64,000 nucleotides of DNA from assembly GCA_963681965.1 (NCBI GenBank), contig OY820579.1, positions 768,001 to 832,000 on the forward strand, in the 5' to 3' direction. Below are positions 28,834 through 38,302 of this stretch, in pieces. This DNA is from a bacterium (GTDB lineage Bacteria > Electryoneota > JAOADG01). The position numbers were made by a program, and so were the translations under genes. The notes below the pieces were generated by a model. The model saw only the letters and a list, made by a program, of their open reading frames with translations, had not been told where the DNA came from and did no database searches. Position 1 is the first letter of the stretch; every line of letters begins with the position of its first letter.

Positions 28834-29253
28834 ATGATCGTTCAGAATTTTAAAGAATTGCGCGTCTGGCAGGCTGCGATGGACTTGGCTGAAGCGATTT
28901 ATCGCGTGACAAACACCTTTCCGGGGACCGAACAATTCGGTCTCAGTCAACAAATGCGCCGATCGGCAATATCCGTCCCATCCAATATTTCAGAAGGCTT
29001 CGTCAGAGAACATTTGAAAGAGTACATTCACTTTTTGTCAATCGCACAAGGATCTTTGGCGGAACTAGAAACCCAACTCCAATTGTCTCACCGAGTTTGT
29101 TTTATCAATGATACTGATTTTGAAAATATTAGCATTAAAATCGAGATGTTAGCCAAACAACTTAGATCTCAGCGAAAAGCGCTGTCGAAGAAATCGACCA
29201 ATCAGGACGTTTCTTTAACCCATAACCCACAACCCACAACCCACGACCTATGA
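28834..29253 (+). CDS. Four-helix-bundle protein (23S rRNA IVP / bAvd-like family)
   Basis: FKELRVWQ.AMDL, FP..EQFGLSQQMRRSAISVPSNISEG and FLSIAQGSLAELETQL; flanked by inverted heptamer repeats. Confidence 0.92.
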   Translation: MIVQNFKELRVWQAAMDLAEAIYRVTNTFPGTEQFGLSQQMRRSAISVPSNISEGFVREHLKEYIHFLSIAQGSLAELETQLQLSHRVCFINDTDFENISIKIEMLAKQLRSQRKALSKKSTNQDVSLTHNPQPTTHDL

Positions 29254-30515
29254 TCCTTACCAGATACCTACTCAAAGAGCATATCGCGCCATTCTTCTAT
29301 TCGCTGGCGCTAATCGTGTTCATCTTCGTTCTGAACCTGCTTTTCCAAATGCTGGGCAAGGTGGTCGGCAAGGGACTCGATATGATGGTGATTCTCGAGT
29401 TCTTTGCACTCAACCTCGCGTGGATCGCCTCGCTCGCCATCCCGATGTCGGTACTTGTCAGTGTATTGATGGCGTTTGCCCGGTTCTCCGCCGATATGGA
29501 GATTACCGCGCTGCGCGCTGCCGGCGTGTCGTTATTCCGCTTGTTGCGTCCGGTGTTGATTGCCGGATTCGTGGTTGCGCTCGGGTTGGTCTATTTCAAT
29601 GGTTGGATGTTACCACAATTCAATTACCGCCTCAAAGAGCTGAACAATGCAATCTCGCGCAAACGACCGATACTAGCGCTAGAACCAGGCGTATTCAATT
29701 TCGATCTTGGTCGATTTGTCATGCTTGCCGATTCGATCAGCAATAAAGACAATAAAATGATGTCGCTGTTGATTTCCGACGAGAGTCAACCCGATAAAAA
29801 TGTCACGATTCGCGCCGATCACGGAACCTTGAAATTCTCGGCAGAAGCCCGCGCCTTTTTGTTCACGATGGTGAATGGCGAAATGCATCGCTACAAATGG
29901 CGCACCCCGTTGAATTATGAAATCACGAAATACGACAGTGCCATCGTAAAAATCGAAGCGCCGGGAGCGCTATTCGAACGCTCGGAATCGCAATACCGCT
30001 CGGATCGCGAGTTGACAATTCCAATGATGATGCAACGCCGGAAGGATATTATCGCTGCCGGGAATCCCGAGCCAAAGGTATGGAATTCGTTGATTGTCGA
30101 GATCCACAAAAAGTTTTCGATTCCGGCTGCCTGCATTCTGTTCGTGCTGATCGCAGTACCGCTTGGTGCACGACTTCAGCGTGGTGGCATCGGTTTGTCG
30201 GCGGGAGCAAGTACTTTCTTCTTCCTGATCTACTGGGTGTTTCTGATTGGCGGCGAGGATTATGCCGATCGGGGATTGCTTGCGCCGTGGCTGGCAATGT
30301 GGTTGCCGAATATCTTAATGGGAATCATCGGTATTGGACTGATGGTGACTACGGTGAAGCAGGGTACGGCACTGAAACTTGTTCCATCGTTCTTGCATCG
30401 AAAACGAACCGAAGCGGAAATCGAGAAAGACGAAACATTCGATCGTGAGACGGCGGAACGTCTGCTGCGTGCGGCGAAAGAGCGCGAAAAACCAACCGAT
30501 GGAGCGGCGAAATGA
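29250..30515 (+). CDS. lptF: LPS export ABC transporter permease LptF
   Basis: ILTRYLLKE, EITALRAAGVS and EIHKKFSIPAAC motifs; paired with lptG. Confidence 0.88.
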   Translation: MILTRYLLKEHIAPFFYSLALIVFIFVLNLLFQMLGKVVGKGLDMMVILEFFALNLAWIASLAIPMSVLVSVLMAFARFSADMEITALRAAGVSLFRLLRPVLIAGFVVALGLVYFNGWMLPQFNYRLKELNNAISRKRPILALEPGVFNFDLGRFVMLADSISNKDNKMMSLLISDESQPDKNVTIRADHGTLKFSAEARAFLFTMVNGEMHRYKWRTPLNYEITKYDSAIVKIEAPGALFERSESQYRSDRELTIPMMMQRRKDIIAAGNPEPKVWNSLIVEIHKKFSIPAACILFVLIAVPLGARLQRGGIGLSAGASTFFFLIYWVFLIGGEDYADRGLLAPWLAMWLPNILMGIIGIGLMVTTVKQGTALKLVPSFLHRKRTEAEIEKDETFDRETAERLLRAAKEREKPTDGAAK

Positions 30516-31591
30516 CAATTCTTACCCGGTTCCTGTTCGGTCGCTTTATTCGCATTCTACTGTTTGCATTGGCTGCCGCAGTTGTGGTTTTTTTGGTGGT
30601 AGACCTTATCGAGAATATGGATAAATTCCTCGATAAAAACGTTGCTCCAACGATTATTTTCGAATACTACTATCTTTACATCCCGTACATTGCCTACCTC
30701 GTATTTCCCGTGGCGATGATTCTGGCAACGCTGTCGACGATCGGCGGATTGATCAATACCCACGAACTAGTCGCGATGCGTGCATCCGGCGTTTCACTGT
30801 GGTGGGTATCGGTACGGCTGATTGCATTGAGCATTGTCATTGCAATCGGATTGTTCTGGTTCGGCGAATACCTGATGCCGAAATTGAATCAACAGCGCAT
30901 GGAAATCTGGCGCGTTCAAGTAAAGAAGTTGCCGAAGAAGTCGACGGTACGTTCCGACCGAATCTATATGCTTGAGGGTCAAGGGCGTTTCTTTCATCTT
31001 GAGCAGTGGAACGAGATCACGAATATCGGTTTGCGACCGACTGTTCAGATTGCCGAGGGAAACACACTCCTCGAGCGGATCGACGCCGAAAAAGCGCATT
31101 GGGACACGACGACCGGCTGGACATTTTCAAATGGTGTCACCCGACGGTGGGAAAACGGAGTTGAAAAAGTTGAACCGTTCCTCGATAAAAAAATGCCCGG
31201 AATGACGTTGACACCCGTTTCATTTTCCGATCTTTCGGTACGTCCGGAAGAGATGGGTTTTGACGATCTGAAACGCTTTATACAGCGGTTGAATGAAACC
31301 GGTAGCGAAACGACGCGCTGGATGGTGGAGTTGTGGAGCAAGTTGGCTGCCGCTGCGGCAGCGATTGTGATTGTATTGCTTGGCGTCCCGATCGCTGCAG
31401 TCCAACGGCGCAGTGGAGTCATTCTCTCATTTGGAATCGGACTATTTGTCAGCTTTGTGTTTTACGGCATGATTCAAATTGCGAAGATCTATGGCTACTC
31501 CGGGCAACTCTCGCCATTTATCTCGTCGTGGCTGGCGAATTTTGTTTTTGCAATTGTCGGCATCTTTATGTTGGCACGGGTCCGAAAGTAA
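30512..31591 (+). CDS. lptG: LPS export ABC transporter permease LptG
   Basis: ELVAMRASGVS, PEEMGFDDL and LSPFISSWLAN; ATGA overlap with lptF. Confidence 0.88.
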   Translation: MTILTRFLFGRFIRILLFALAAAVVVFLVVDLIENMDKFLDKNVAPTIIFEYYYLYIPYIAYLVFPVAMILATLSTIGGLINTHELVAMRASGVSLWWVSVRLIALSIVIAIGLFWFGEYLMPKLNQQRMEIWRVQVKKLPKKSTVRSDRIYMLEGQGRFFHLEQWNEITNIGLRPTVQIAEGNTLLERIDAEKAHWDTTTGWTFSNGVTRRWENGVEKVEPFLDKKMPGMTLTPVSFSDLSVRPEEMGFDDLKRFIQRLNETGSETTRWMVELWSKLAAAAAAIVIVLLGVPIAAVQRRSGVILSFGIGLFVSFVFYGMIQIAKIYGYSGQLSPFISSWLANFVFAIVGIFMLARVRK

Positions 31592-31620
31592 TAGGCGATT
31601 ATCAATGATTTCAGTGAGCG

Positions 31621-31650
31621 AAAAAGGGGCAACATTCGTTGCCCCTTCTT
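31621..31650. terminator. Bidirectional terminator
   Basis: AAGGGGCAAC-ATTC-GTTGCCCCTT between convergent lptG and hup. Confidence 0.8.
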
Positions 31651-31673
31651 ATTGATTGCAAGATGTAAAAGCC

Positions 31674-31955
31674 TTACTTGCCCTTCGCAACCATCGTCTT
31701 GAATGCCTTGCCTGCGACAAAGCGGGGGACTTTCTTCTTCGGAATGTTGATTTCTTTGCCGGTCTGCGGATTGCGACCTTTGCGCGCTTTGCGCTCGGCC
31801 ATACTGTATGTTCCGAAACCAACCAAAGTCACTTCCTTGCCCTTCGCTACTTCCTTTTCAACGGAGCCGATGAAGGCATTGAGGCACTCTTCTGCTTGCT
31901 TCTTGCTGACGTCTGCTGCGGTGGCAATCGCGGCGACCAATTCTGCTTTATTCAT
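31674..31955 (-). CDS. hup: DNA-binding protein HU
   Basis: MNKAELV...VTLVGFGT...RKGRNPQTGKEI; GAGGAGG RBS. Confidence 0.95.
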   Translation of the reverse strand: MNKAELVAAIATAADVSKKQAEECLNAFIGSVEKEVAKGKEVTLVGFGTYSMAERKARKGRNPQTGKEINIPKKKVPRFVAGKAFKTMVAKGK

Positions 31956-32216
31956 TATTCCTCCTCTTTTTGATGACATCGTTGTCGGTTGCTTGTCCCG
32001 TGAGGGCTCTCGGGGCACGTAGCAACCGTTTTATCTTGACGCGCGCCCTACTTCAACGAAAGATAACGTTTGAATTCTCCATGTCAAGAGGCTCAAGGCT
32101 TGTACAGTGGGTTCTCAGGGGCTTTCTTAAGACGCGGAATTATGCGATATTACTTCCGAGACCTGTTACCGGGATTTAACGAATCTGTATAACACAATAT
32201 ATTTATTCGGATTATA

Positions 32217-33512
32217 ATGATTATTAGCCGTCGATATCTCGTCGCAACTGTCGTTTGCTGGCTCTTTTGGGTCGCAATCGCCAGTGCCGTCGATAGCCCC
32301 TCAGAGGCGGCTGATAAGCAGATTCGACGACTCCGCGAGGAAATTGCCCGGATCGAAGCCGAGATTACCCGAGCCGGAAAAAGTGAGGTAACCCTTCAAC
32401 AGCGCGTCTCCGACTTGGAACGAAAGATTGCACTCAAAGAAAAACTGACCGATGAATTGAACAGTTTGTTAAAGCGATACAATCGCGATTTGAAAGTGAA
32501 GACGCGCCGTGTCGACGATCTGTCGCAGCAGTTGGATTACACCACGAGTCGCGCGCAGACCGTTCAGAAACGCGTGTTGCAACTTCGCGAACAAGCACGG
32601 GTGCAGGCGCTCCAGCGTTACATGTATCAGCGCAAACCGATATGGATGTATCTGCTTGCCGGCGAGAGTCTCAGCGAAGTTTTGCGGAAAATCCGGATGT
32701 ACTCTTTCTTGCAACGCTGCGAACATCGGGTTGTCGCAGAACTATCAACGGAAGTAAAGGGGTACTTGAATACGCAGCAGGATCTTTCCGAGTTGCACGG
32801 ACAATTGGCGGCATCGGTCGATGCCGGTCGTAGAAAAATTAAGCTGACGAAACAGCAACAGCGCGAGGCGGAAGCGGCTCAGCGACAACTAGCGTCGGAA
32901 CGCGAGCAACAACGCAACAAACTGGCACAGGTTCATACCGACAAGGCGAAACTCGAACGCGATTTGCAGGAACAAAAAGCGGCGCTCGACGAAATTCAAC
33001 GATTGATAGCGAAAAATATCGCCAATCGCGAACGATGGAAATCGGAACAGACGAATAAAGAAAGTGGCGGCGGTAAGAAATCGACTACCACCGAATGGCA
33101 CACTCCCAGCGGTGTCGCAACACGCGGAACACTATCATGGCCATCGAGTGGAGCGGTAACGACCCGTTTCGGTTGGCATCAGGGGGGGGCATACGGCACG
33201 ACCACCGAGAGTCCCGGTATTGAAATACAAGCGGCGCCCGGCACTCCGGCTCGGGCTGCGGCAAATGGTGTGGTTGCCGAGGTGACGTGGTTGCGTGGAT
33301 TCGGTACAACGGTTATTTTGGAACACGTCGACGGTACCTACACCGTTTATTCGCGCTTGGGTTCGTCAACGGTAACGCCGAATACCGTAGTGAAGCGAGG
33401 TCAAGTACTCGGTGCGGTGGCAGCTAGCAATCAGGACGAATCGACACTTCATTTCGAAGTTTGGAATCGCGGCAAGAAACAAGACCCGATCAATTGGTTG
33501 GAACGGCGATGA
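32217..33512 (+). CDS. envC: EnvC-like murein hydrolase activator (coiled coil + degenerate M23 domain)
   Basis: Signal peptide; long coiled coil; LSWP..G, GFGTTVILEH and LHFEV motifs, with the HxxxD zinc motif altered. Confidence 0.78.
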   Translation: MIISRRYLVATVVCWLFWVAIASAVDSPSEAADKQIRRLREEIARIEAEITRAGKSEVTLQQRVSDLERKIALKEKLTDELNSLLKRYNRDLKVKTRRVDDLSQQLDYTTSRAQTVQKRVLQLREQARVQALQRYMYQRKPIWMYLLAGESLSEVLRKIRMYSFLQRCEHRVVAELSTEVKGYLNTQQDLSELHGQLAASVDAGRRKIKLTKQQQREAEAAQRQLASEREQQRNKLAQVHTDKAKLERDLQEQKAALDEIQRLIAKNIANRERWKSEQTNKESGGGKKSTTTEWHTPSGVATRGTLSWPSSGAVTTRFGWHQGGAYGTTTESPGIEIQAAPGTPARAAANGVVAEVTWLRGFGTTVILEHVDGTYTVYSRLGSSTVTPNTVVKRGQVLGAVAASNQDESTLHFEVWNRGKKQDPINWLERR

Positions 33513-34915
33513 GCGAAAATCTCACTCTGTTTGAAGAAGAACCATCGGACAAACCGGCACGGAAAGCGAAAAAGCGCAAAGTACCGGATGCCGAAGGATC
33601 GCTCTTTGCCGAATTGGATCAACCGGAAACCACGACCGAAGAAGTCGACGAGGAACCGCGGGAAATTGTTCGACATACGCCGAAATTCGCATTGGAATTG
33701 GTGCGTCCGGACAACATGCCACCATTTCTTGATCGGGTATGGGGTCAGGATCGACCGAAGAAAATCTTACAACGGTTGATCTCCGAAAACCATCTTCCCC
33801 ACGCGCTGTTGCTGTATGGTCCCGACGGAATCGGTAAGCAGAATCTAGCCCTTGAATTGGCGCGGCATTTGAATTGCGAGTGGGGACCGATGAATGCGTG
33901 CGGTATTTGCGCTTCCTGTCTTCAATTCGAATCGCTGCAAGTCAGTTCGTTGTTTCTGGCATTTCCGACCAAAGCGAATGATGGCGAAATCGACAAAAAA
34001 GAACAACTCGAAAATGGCGATACGCGCATAACCCGACGTTACTCGCAGAAAACCGAAGAAGAAATCGCCACAGCGATCACCGAAACAACGAAAGATGTTT
34101 GGACCCCCTTGCAAGTACCTGGGGCAACCAATGTGCGGGTAATTTCAATCCGGTTTCTCCGGCAATGGGCACAATACGGCACATGGCTGGGTAAGGGACG
34201 GAAAGTTGCAATCATCGCGCAAGCGCATCGCATGAACGAAGAAACGTCGAATGCGCTATTGAAAGTATTGGAAGAACCGCCGCCGGATACTTTATTGATT
34301 CTGTTGACGAAATCGCCGGAAGATTTATTGCCGACAATTCAATCACGCTGTCAATCGATTCGGATGGAACCGCTATCAGTGGAACTGATTACGGAAAAAT
34401 TGATGACGCTTCCGGTTGCAGAGTTGTCGCGAACCGAACGGTTATCGCACGACGAAGCCGAAGAGATTGCGATTTTATCGGAAGGAAATTTCGTCCGGGC
34501 GCGGGAAATGGCGAATAGCGACGCGTTGGTTAAAACCGATATGGCAATCGAATTTCTGGTCGGGTGCGTATCCAGCAAGCAACGTCGCGATTTATTGCAA
34601 CGGGTCGAGACGATGGCACGCGGTCGCAATATCGATGAATTGGAAAAATTCTTAATCCGAGTCGTACTATTTTTACGCGACGCGCTTCGACTACGTCTGC
34701 ATACCGGCGAAGGCTATCCCGCCGGATTGCTGGTACGTGGCGATGCACTGCTGGACCGGTTGCGCAAATTTGTCCAATTCACGAAACAAAGCGATCTTGC
34801 CGCAGCGATCGAAGAAGTATTGCGTACGCATGATATTTTGAAACGTCGCAATCCGCAGACCATGTTGTTGTTGCATGCGATGTCGTATCGGCTGAACCGA
34901 ATTTTATCGACCTGA
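33509..34915 (+). CDS. holB: DNA polymerase III subunit delta-prime
   Basis: PHALLLYGPDGIGK, C..(ACGICASC) zinc module, NALLKVLEEPP and LLPTIQSRC; upstream of metG. Confidence 0.88.
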   Translation: MSENLTLFEEEPSDKPARKAKKRKVPDAEGSLFAELDQPETTTEEVDEEPREIVRHTPKFALELVRPDNMPPFLDRVWGQDRPKKILQRLISENHLPHALLLYGPDGIGKQNLALELARHLNCEWGPMNACGICASCLQFESLQVSSLFLAFPTKANDGEIDKKEQLENGDTRITRRYSQKTEEEIATAITETTKDVWTPLQVPGATNVRVISIRFLRQWAQYGTWLGKGRKVAIIAQAHRMNEETSNALLKVLEEPPPDTLLILLTKSPEDLLPTIQSRCQSIRMEPLSVELITEKLMTLPVAELSRTERLSHDEAEEIAILSEGNFVRAREMANSDALVKTDMAIEFLVGCVSSKQRRDLLQRVETMARGRNIDELEKFLIRVVLFLRDALRLRLHTGEGYPAGLLVRGDALLDRLRKFVQFTKQSDLAAAIEEVLRTHDILKRRNPQTMLLLHAMSYRLNRILST

Positions 34916-34945
34916 TCACCCGTATTGATTCGTACCAATTTGATA

Positions 34946-34973
34946 AACGGGTGGTTCGCGAACCACCCGTTAC
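34946..34973. repeat. REP-like palindrome
   Basis: AACGGGTGGTTCGCGAACCACCCGTT perfect palindrome with GTAA on the minus strand. Confidence 0.5.
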
Positions 34974-35033
34974 CGTTATATATTAGTAAACCGCGATCAG
35001 ATGTACTGATCGGAATCGATCCAAGGATTTATC

Positions 35034-37031
35034 ATGTCCGCAGAACCGAAGAAATTTTTCGTCACGACGCCGATTTATTATGTCAACGACGAGCCGCATA
35101 TTGGTCACGCCTACACGACGTTGATTGCCGATATTTTTACGCGCTATCACAAGCTGATGGGCTACGACACCCGCTTTCTAACAGGCACCGACGAGCACGG
35201 TCAAAAAGTGGAACAATCGGCTAAGAAACGTGGTATTCCCGCGCAACAGCATTGTGACGAAATGTCGGGACGCTACCAGAAATTGTGGAAGATCCTCGGC
35301 TACGAATACGATCGGTTTATTCGCACGACCGATCCGGATCATGTGGCATTTGTTTCGAAGATGCTGCAACAACTCTGGGACACCGGTGAAATCTACGCCG
35401 ATGAGTACGAAGGGTTGTATTACGTATCGGACGAAATCTTTGTCAGCGAAGAGGAAGCGGAAAAAATTCGCGCCGAAAAACCGACGGCGGAAATCGTTCC
35501 AATCAAAGAAAAAAGTTACTTCTTCCGGATGAGTAGACATGTCGAATGGTTGAAGCAGTATATCGTCGATCATCCGACGTTCATTCAACCCGATTTCCGG
35601 CGCAATGAAGTACTCGGCTTTTTGAATCAGGACGCCGGTGTGAAAGACCTGTGTATTTCACGCCCGAAATCGCGCTTGGAGTGGGGTATCGAACTACCAT
35701 TCGACAAAGACTATGTTTGTTATGTCTGGGTCGATGCGTTGTTGAATTACGTCTCCGGCGCAATCGATAAAGACACCGGTAAAAACTATTGGCCCGCCGA
35801 TCTGCATTTAATCGGCAAGGATATTTTGACGACGCACTGCGTCTATTGGCCAACGCTGCTACATGCACTGAAGCTCGATTTACCGAAAATGATTTTCGCT
35901 CATGGCTGGTGGCTGGTCGGTGGCGAAAAAATGTCTAAGTCGGTGGGGAATGTGCTGAAACCGCTCGACCTGATTGAGAAGTTGGGTGGAATCGACAATG
36001 GTGGAATCGATGCGATGCGGCATCTGCTTACGCGCGGAATGACGCTCGGAAACGACGCAATTCTCACCGAAGACCGGATGAAAGCAATTGTCAATGGCGA
36101 GTTGGCGAACGATTTCGGCAATCTGCTTTCGCGCGTGGCGAAATTGTGCAACAACACGATTCCGGAAGTCGAGGCGACGAATTTATCACCGGAAACGGCA
36201 TCGTCCGGAAACGAATCGGGGATCGAAATATTGCATGCGGCAATCGATAATCTGAAAATATTATTCGATGCATCGGACGAAGATTGGTTTGGCGGTAAAC
36301 TGGAACAGCTTTGGCAGGATGTATGGAGTATCGTTGCCAGTTCGAATAAATATTTCGATACGGCGAAACCGTGGGCGCTAATCAAGGCGAATGATCCCGC
36401 CGGCGGAGAAGTATTGCGCACTTGCCTAGAAGTATTGCGCGTTGCGGCGCTGGAACTCTATCCGGTGATGCCGGGCAAGATGGCTGAATTGCGTGTGATT
36501 CTTGGTCAAACACCGATTCCCGAACCGATTGAGTTTCACGAGAATGTCTGGCTAGTCGATAACGCAAAAATCGGATTGACGAAACCGCTGTTTCCACGAA
36601 TCGATTTCGATAAAGCGTTTGCTGTTGCTGAAATAACCGCGAAACCGGAAAAACCGGAAGTGCCGAAACCAGCACCAACTGCGGTGGTCGGTGAGGACGG
36701 GCTGATCACCATCGATGAAGTGAAAAAAGTCGAATTGATTGTCGCGCAGATACTAACAGCACAGCGGGTTGAAGGAACAACGAAACTGTTGCAACTCCAA
36801 CTCGACGATGGGCATGGTGTGGATGCGCCGCGCCAGATCATCGCGGGAATTGCGGAACACTACGCTCCCGACGATTTAATCGGTCGAAAAATTGTGATTG
36901 TCGCGAATCTGAAACCGGCGAAATTGAAAGGGGTTCTCTCGAACGGAATGTTACTTGCCGCGAAAGCCGGTGGAAAACTGGTGCTGGTAACGATTGCCGC
37001 CGATATCGCGAACGGTGCTTCGGTGGGGTAA
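35034..37031 (+). CDS. metG: Methionine--tRNA ligase with C-terminal tRNA-binding OB domain
   Basis: TTPIYYVN..PHIGHAY, LTGTDEHG, KMSKS and VANLKPAKL.G..SNGM. Confidence 0.97.
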   Translation: MSAEPKKFFVTTPIYYVNDEPHIGHAYTTLIADIFTRYHKLMGYDTRFLTGTDEHGQKVEQSAKKRGIPAQQHCDEMSGRYQKLWKILGYEYDRFIRTTDPDHVAFVSKMLQQLWDTGEIYADEYEGLYYVSDEIFVSEEEAEKIRAEKPTAEIVPIKEKSYFFRMSRHVEWLKQYIVDHPTFIQPDFRRNEVLGFLNQDAGVKDLCISRPKSRLEWGIELPFDKDYVCYVWVDALLNYVSGAIDKDTGKNYWPADLHLIGKDILTTHCVYWPTLLHALKLDLPKMIFAHGWWLVGGEKMSKSVGNVLKPLDLIEKLGGIDNGGIDAMRHLLTRGMTLGNDAILTEDRMKAIVNGELANDFGNLLSRVAKLCNNTIPEVEATNLSPETASSGNESGIEILHAAIDNLKILFDASDEDWFGGKLEQLWQDVWSIVASSNKYFDTAKPWALIKANDPAGGEVLRTCLEVLRVAALELYPVMPGKMAELRVILGQTPIPEPIEFHENVWLVDNAKIGLTKPLFPRIDFDKAFAVAEITAKPEKPEVPKPAPTAVVGEDGLITIDEVKKVELIVAQILTAQRVEGTTKLLQLQLDDGHGVDAPRQIIAGIAEHYAPDDLIGRKIVIVANLKPAKLKGVLSNGMLLAAKAGGKLVLVTIAADIANGASVG

Positions 37032-37057
37032 AAAGCGGTTAATGGTGTTAGTTATTG

Positions 37058-37091
37058 GAAGGCAGGGTTTCGATCCTGCCTTCATTTTTTT
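37058..37091 (+). terminator. metG terminator
   Basis: GAAGGCAGG-GTTTCGAT-CCTGCCTTC-ATTTTTTT. Confidence 0.8.
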
Positions 37092-37114
37092 GTAGCCGCA
37101 GGCTTCAGCCTGCG
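37092..37114 (+). repeat. GTAG-type REP-like element
   Basis: GTAG-C-CGCAGGC-TTCA-GCCTGCG. Confidence 0.5.
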
Positions 37115-37183
37115 TTCTATTCTATAGTTCCGTTCGTTTGCAAATTCAAAGCAATTTGCCTAATAAATCGCTTAATCAGAACA

Positions 37184-38302
37184 TCACCACTCGTGATACT
37201 GGAACGTCTCCGGCATTGTACAGCGCGTGGTATCGGTAGTAATCAGGAACGTCCATCGTTCGGGAACAATCGCTTCGTGCAGAAGAGTACGGAACTCGGC
37301 AGTGTCGCTCGACAAGGTGGGAGTAAGATAGAGCTTGGACAGACAATAATCGTATAGCTTGCGGTCACGGCTGCGTGGTCCAACTCGAGTGTCGGTTGAA
37401 ATCGGAATAAAAGGACTCGCCAATAAATCATTCCACGCCATATTGATTTGCCGGAGGAGCATTTGCGTCTCTTCGGCAGGTCCACGTACGGCACACCAGA
37501 GCCATTGCGGTGCCAAGGGGGGATACAATCCCACCCGACAGTCGGAAACTCCGACTTCGTTTTTGGTTAAAAACCGATTCAAAGTTTGTTCAAGGCGCTC
37601 ATCGGCAATAAACATTCGCAATGCATTTGCACTGTTTCCCGATGACGCGGGAGTACGCTGAAACATCACGATGTCAACACTCTCGCTGGCACGATGTCGG
37701 TGCCAGAGGCGAGGAAGCGTATCTGGTGGCGGGGTTCGATACAAAGAGTTTTTTCCGGTCCAGTCGCTACATGCCGATTTCACCAACTCCCATAATGCAT
37801 CGATCGGTTGCGAACCATTCACGGCAAAAATAATATCGGATGGTTGCGGAACGATGGTTGTGGCTTTTTGGTTTCCATAAAACCATTGCGGTGCCGGAAG
37901 CAGATCGGTATTCGCATCGGGAAAGTTGCGCAGCCACTTTGTCTGTTTGATTGCCGATACCAGATCGGGTAATGCCATTGGATCGTCTTCCAATGCGGCA
38001 CGGAGTTCCAAAATCGGTGATTCGAGCGTGGGGATCGCATACAACACTCGAAACGGTGACGTCTGGCTCCATTGTCGCGATACATCGAACCAACTCTGTT
38101 CGTACCCTTCCACCAAGCGAATGGGCAGGATCAAACCAATCGTGGTTGATGAGTGCATCCCGTCGCTGGCAACGACGACGCGCATCCCATTCGACAACAC
38201 CCCTTCGGCATATTTCGATGATGATGGATCCGCCGTAGCGAGTATGCTACAAGACAAGAACAAAAAAGAAATAATGAGGATTCGATGATACCGGTAGGTC
38301 AT
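37184..38302 (-). CDS. Exported protein, divergent M16 peptidase-like (no HXXEH)
   Basis: Signal peptide; LSNGMRVVV typical of M16 N-termini; IIFAVNG; ATGA overlap with the upstream gene. Confidence 0.55.
   Translation of the reverse strand: MTYRYHRILIISFLFLSCSILATADPSSSKYAEGVLSNGMRVVVASDGMHSSTTIGLILPIRLVEGYEQSWFDVSRQWSQTSPFRVLYAIPTLESPILELRAALEDDPMALPDLVSAIKQTKWLRNFPDANTDLLPAPQWFYGNQKATTIVPQPSDIIFAVNGSQPIDALWELVKSACSDWTGKNSLYRTPPPDTLPRLWHRHRASESVDIVMFQRTPASSGNSANALRMFIADERLEQTLNRFLTKNEVGVSDCRVGLYPPLAPQWLWCAVRGPAEETQMLLRQINMAWNDLLASPFIPISTDTRVGPRSRDRKLYDYCLSKLYLTPTLSSDTAEFRTLLHEAIVPERWTFLITTDTTRCTMPETFQYHEW

Noticed and set aside
28834-29253. Diversity-generating retroelement (Avd-like gene)
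   Set aside because: No reverse transcriptase and no TR/VR pair are seen. The PAS duplication differs at all base types, not only adenines.
31656-32022. Plus-strand ORFs opposite hup
   Set aside because: Antisense shadows of the conserved HU gene.
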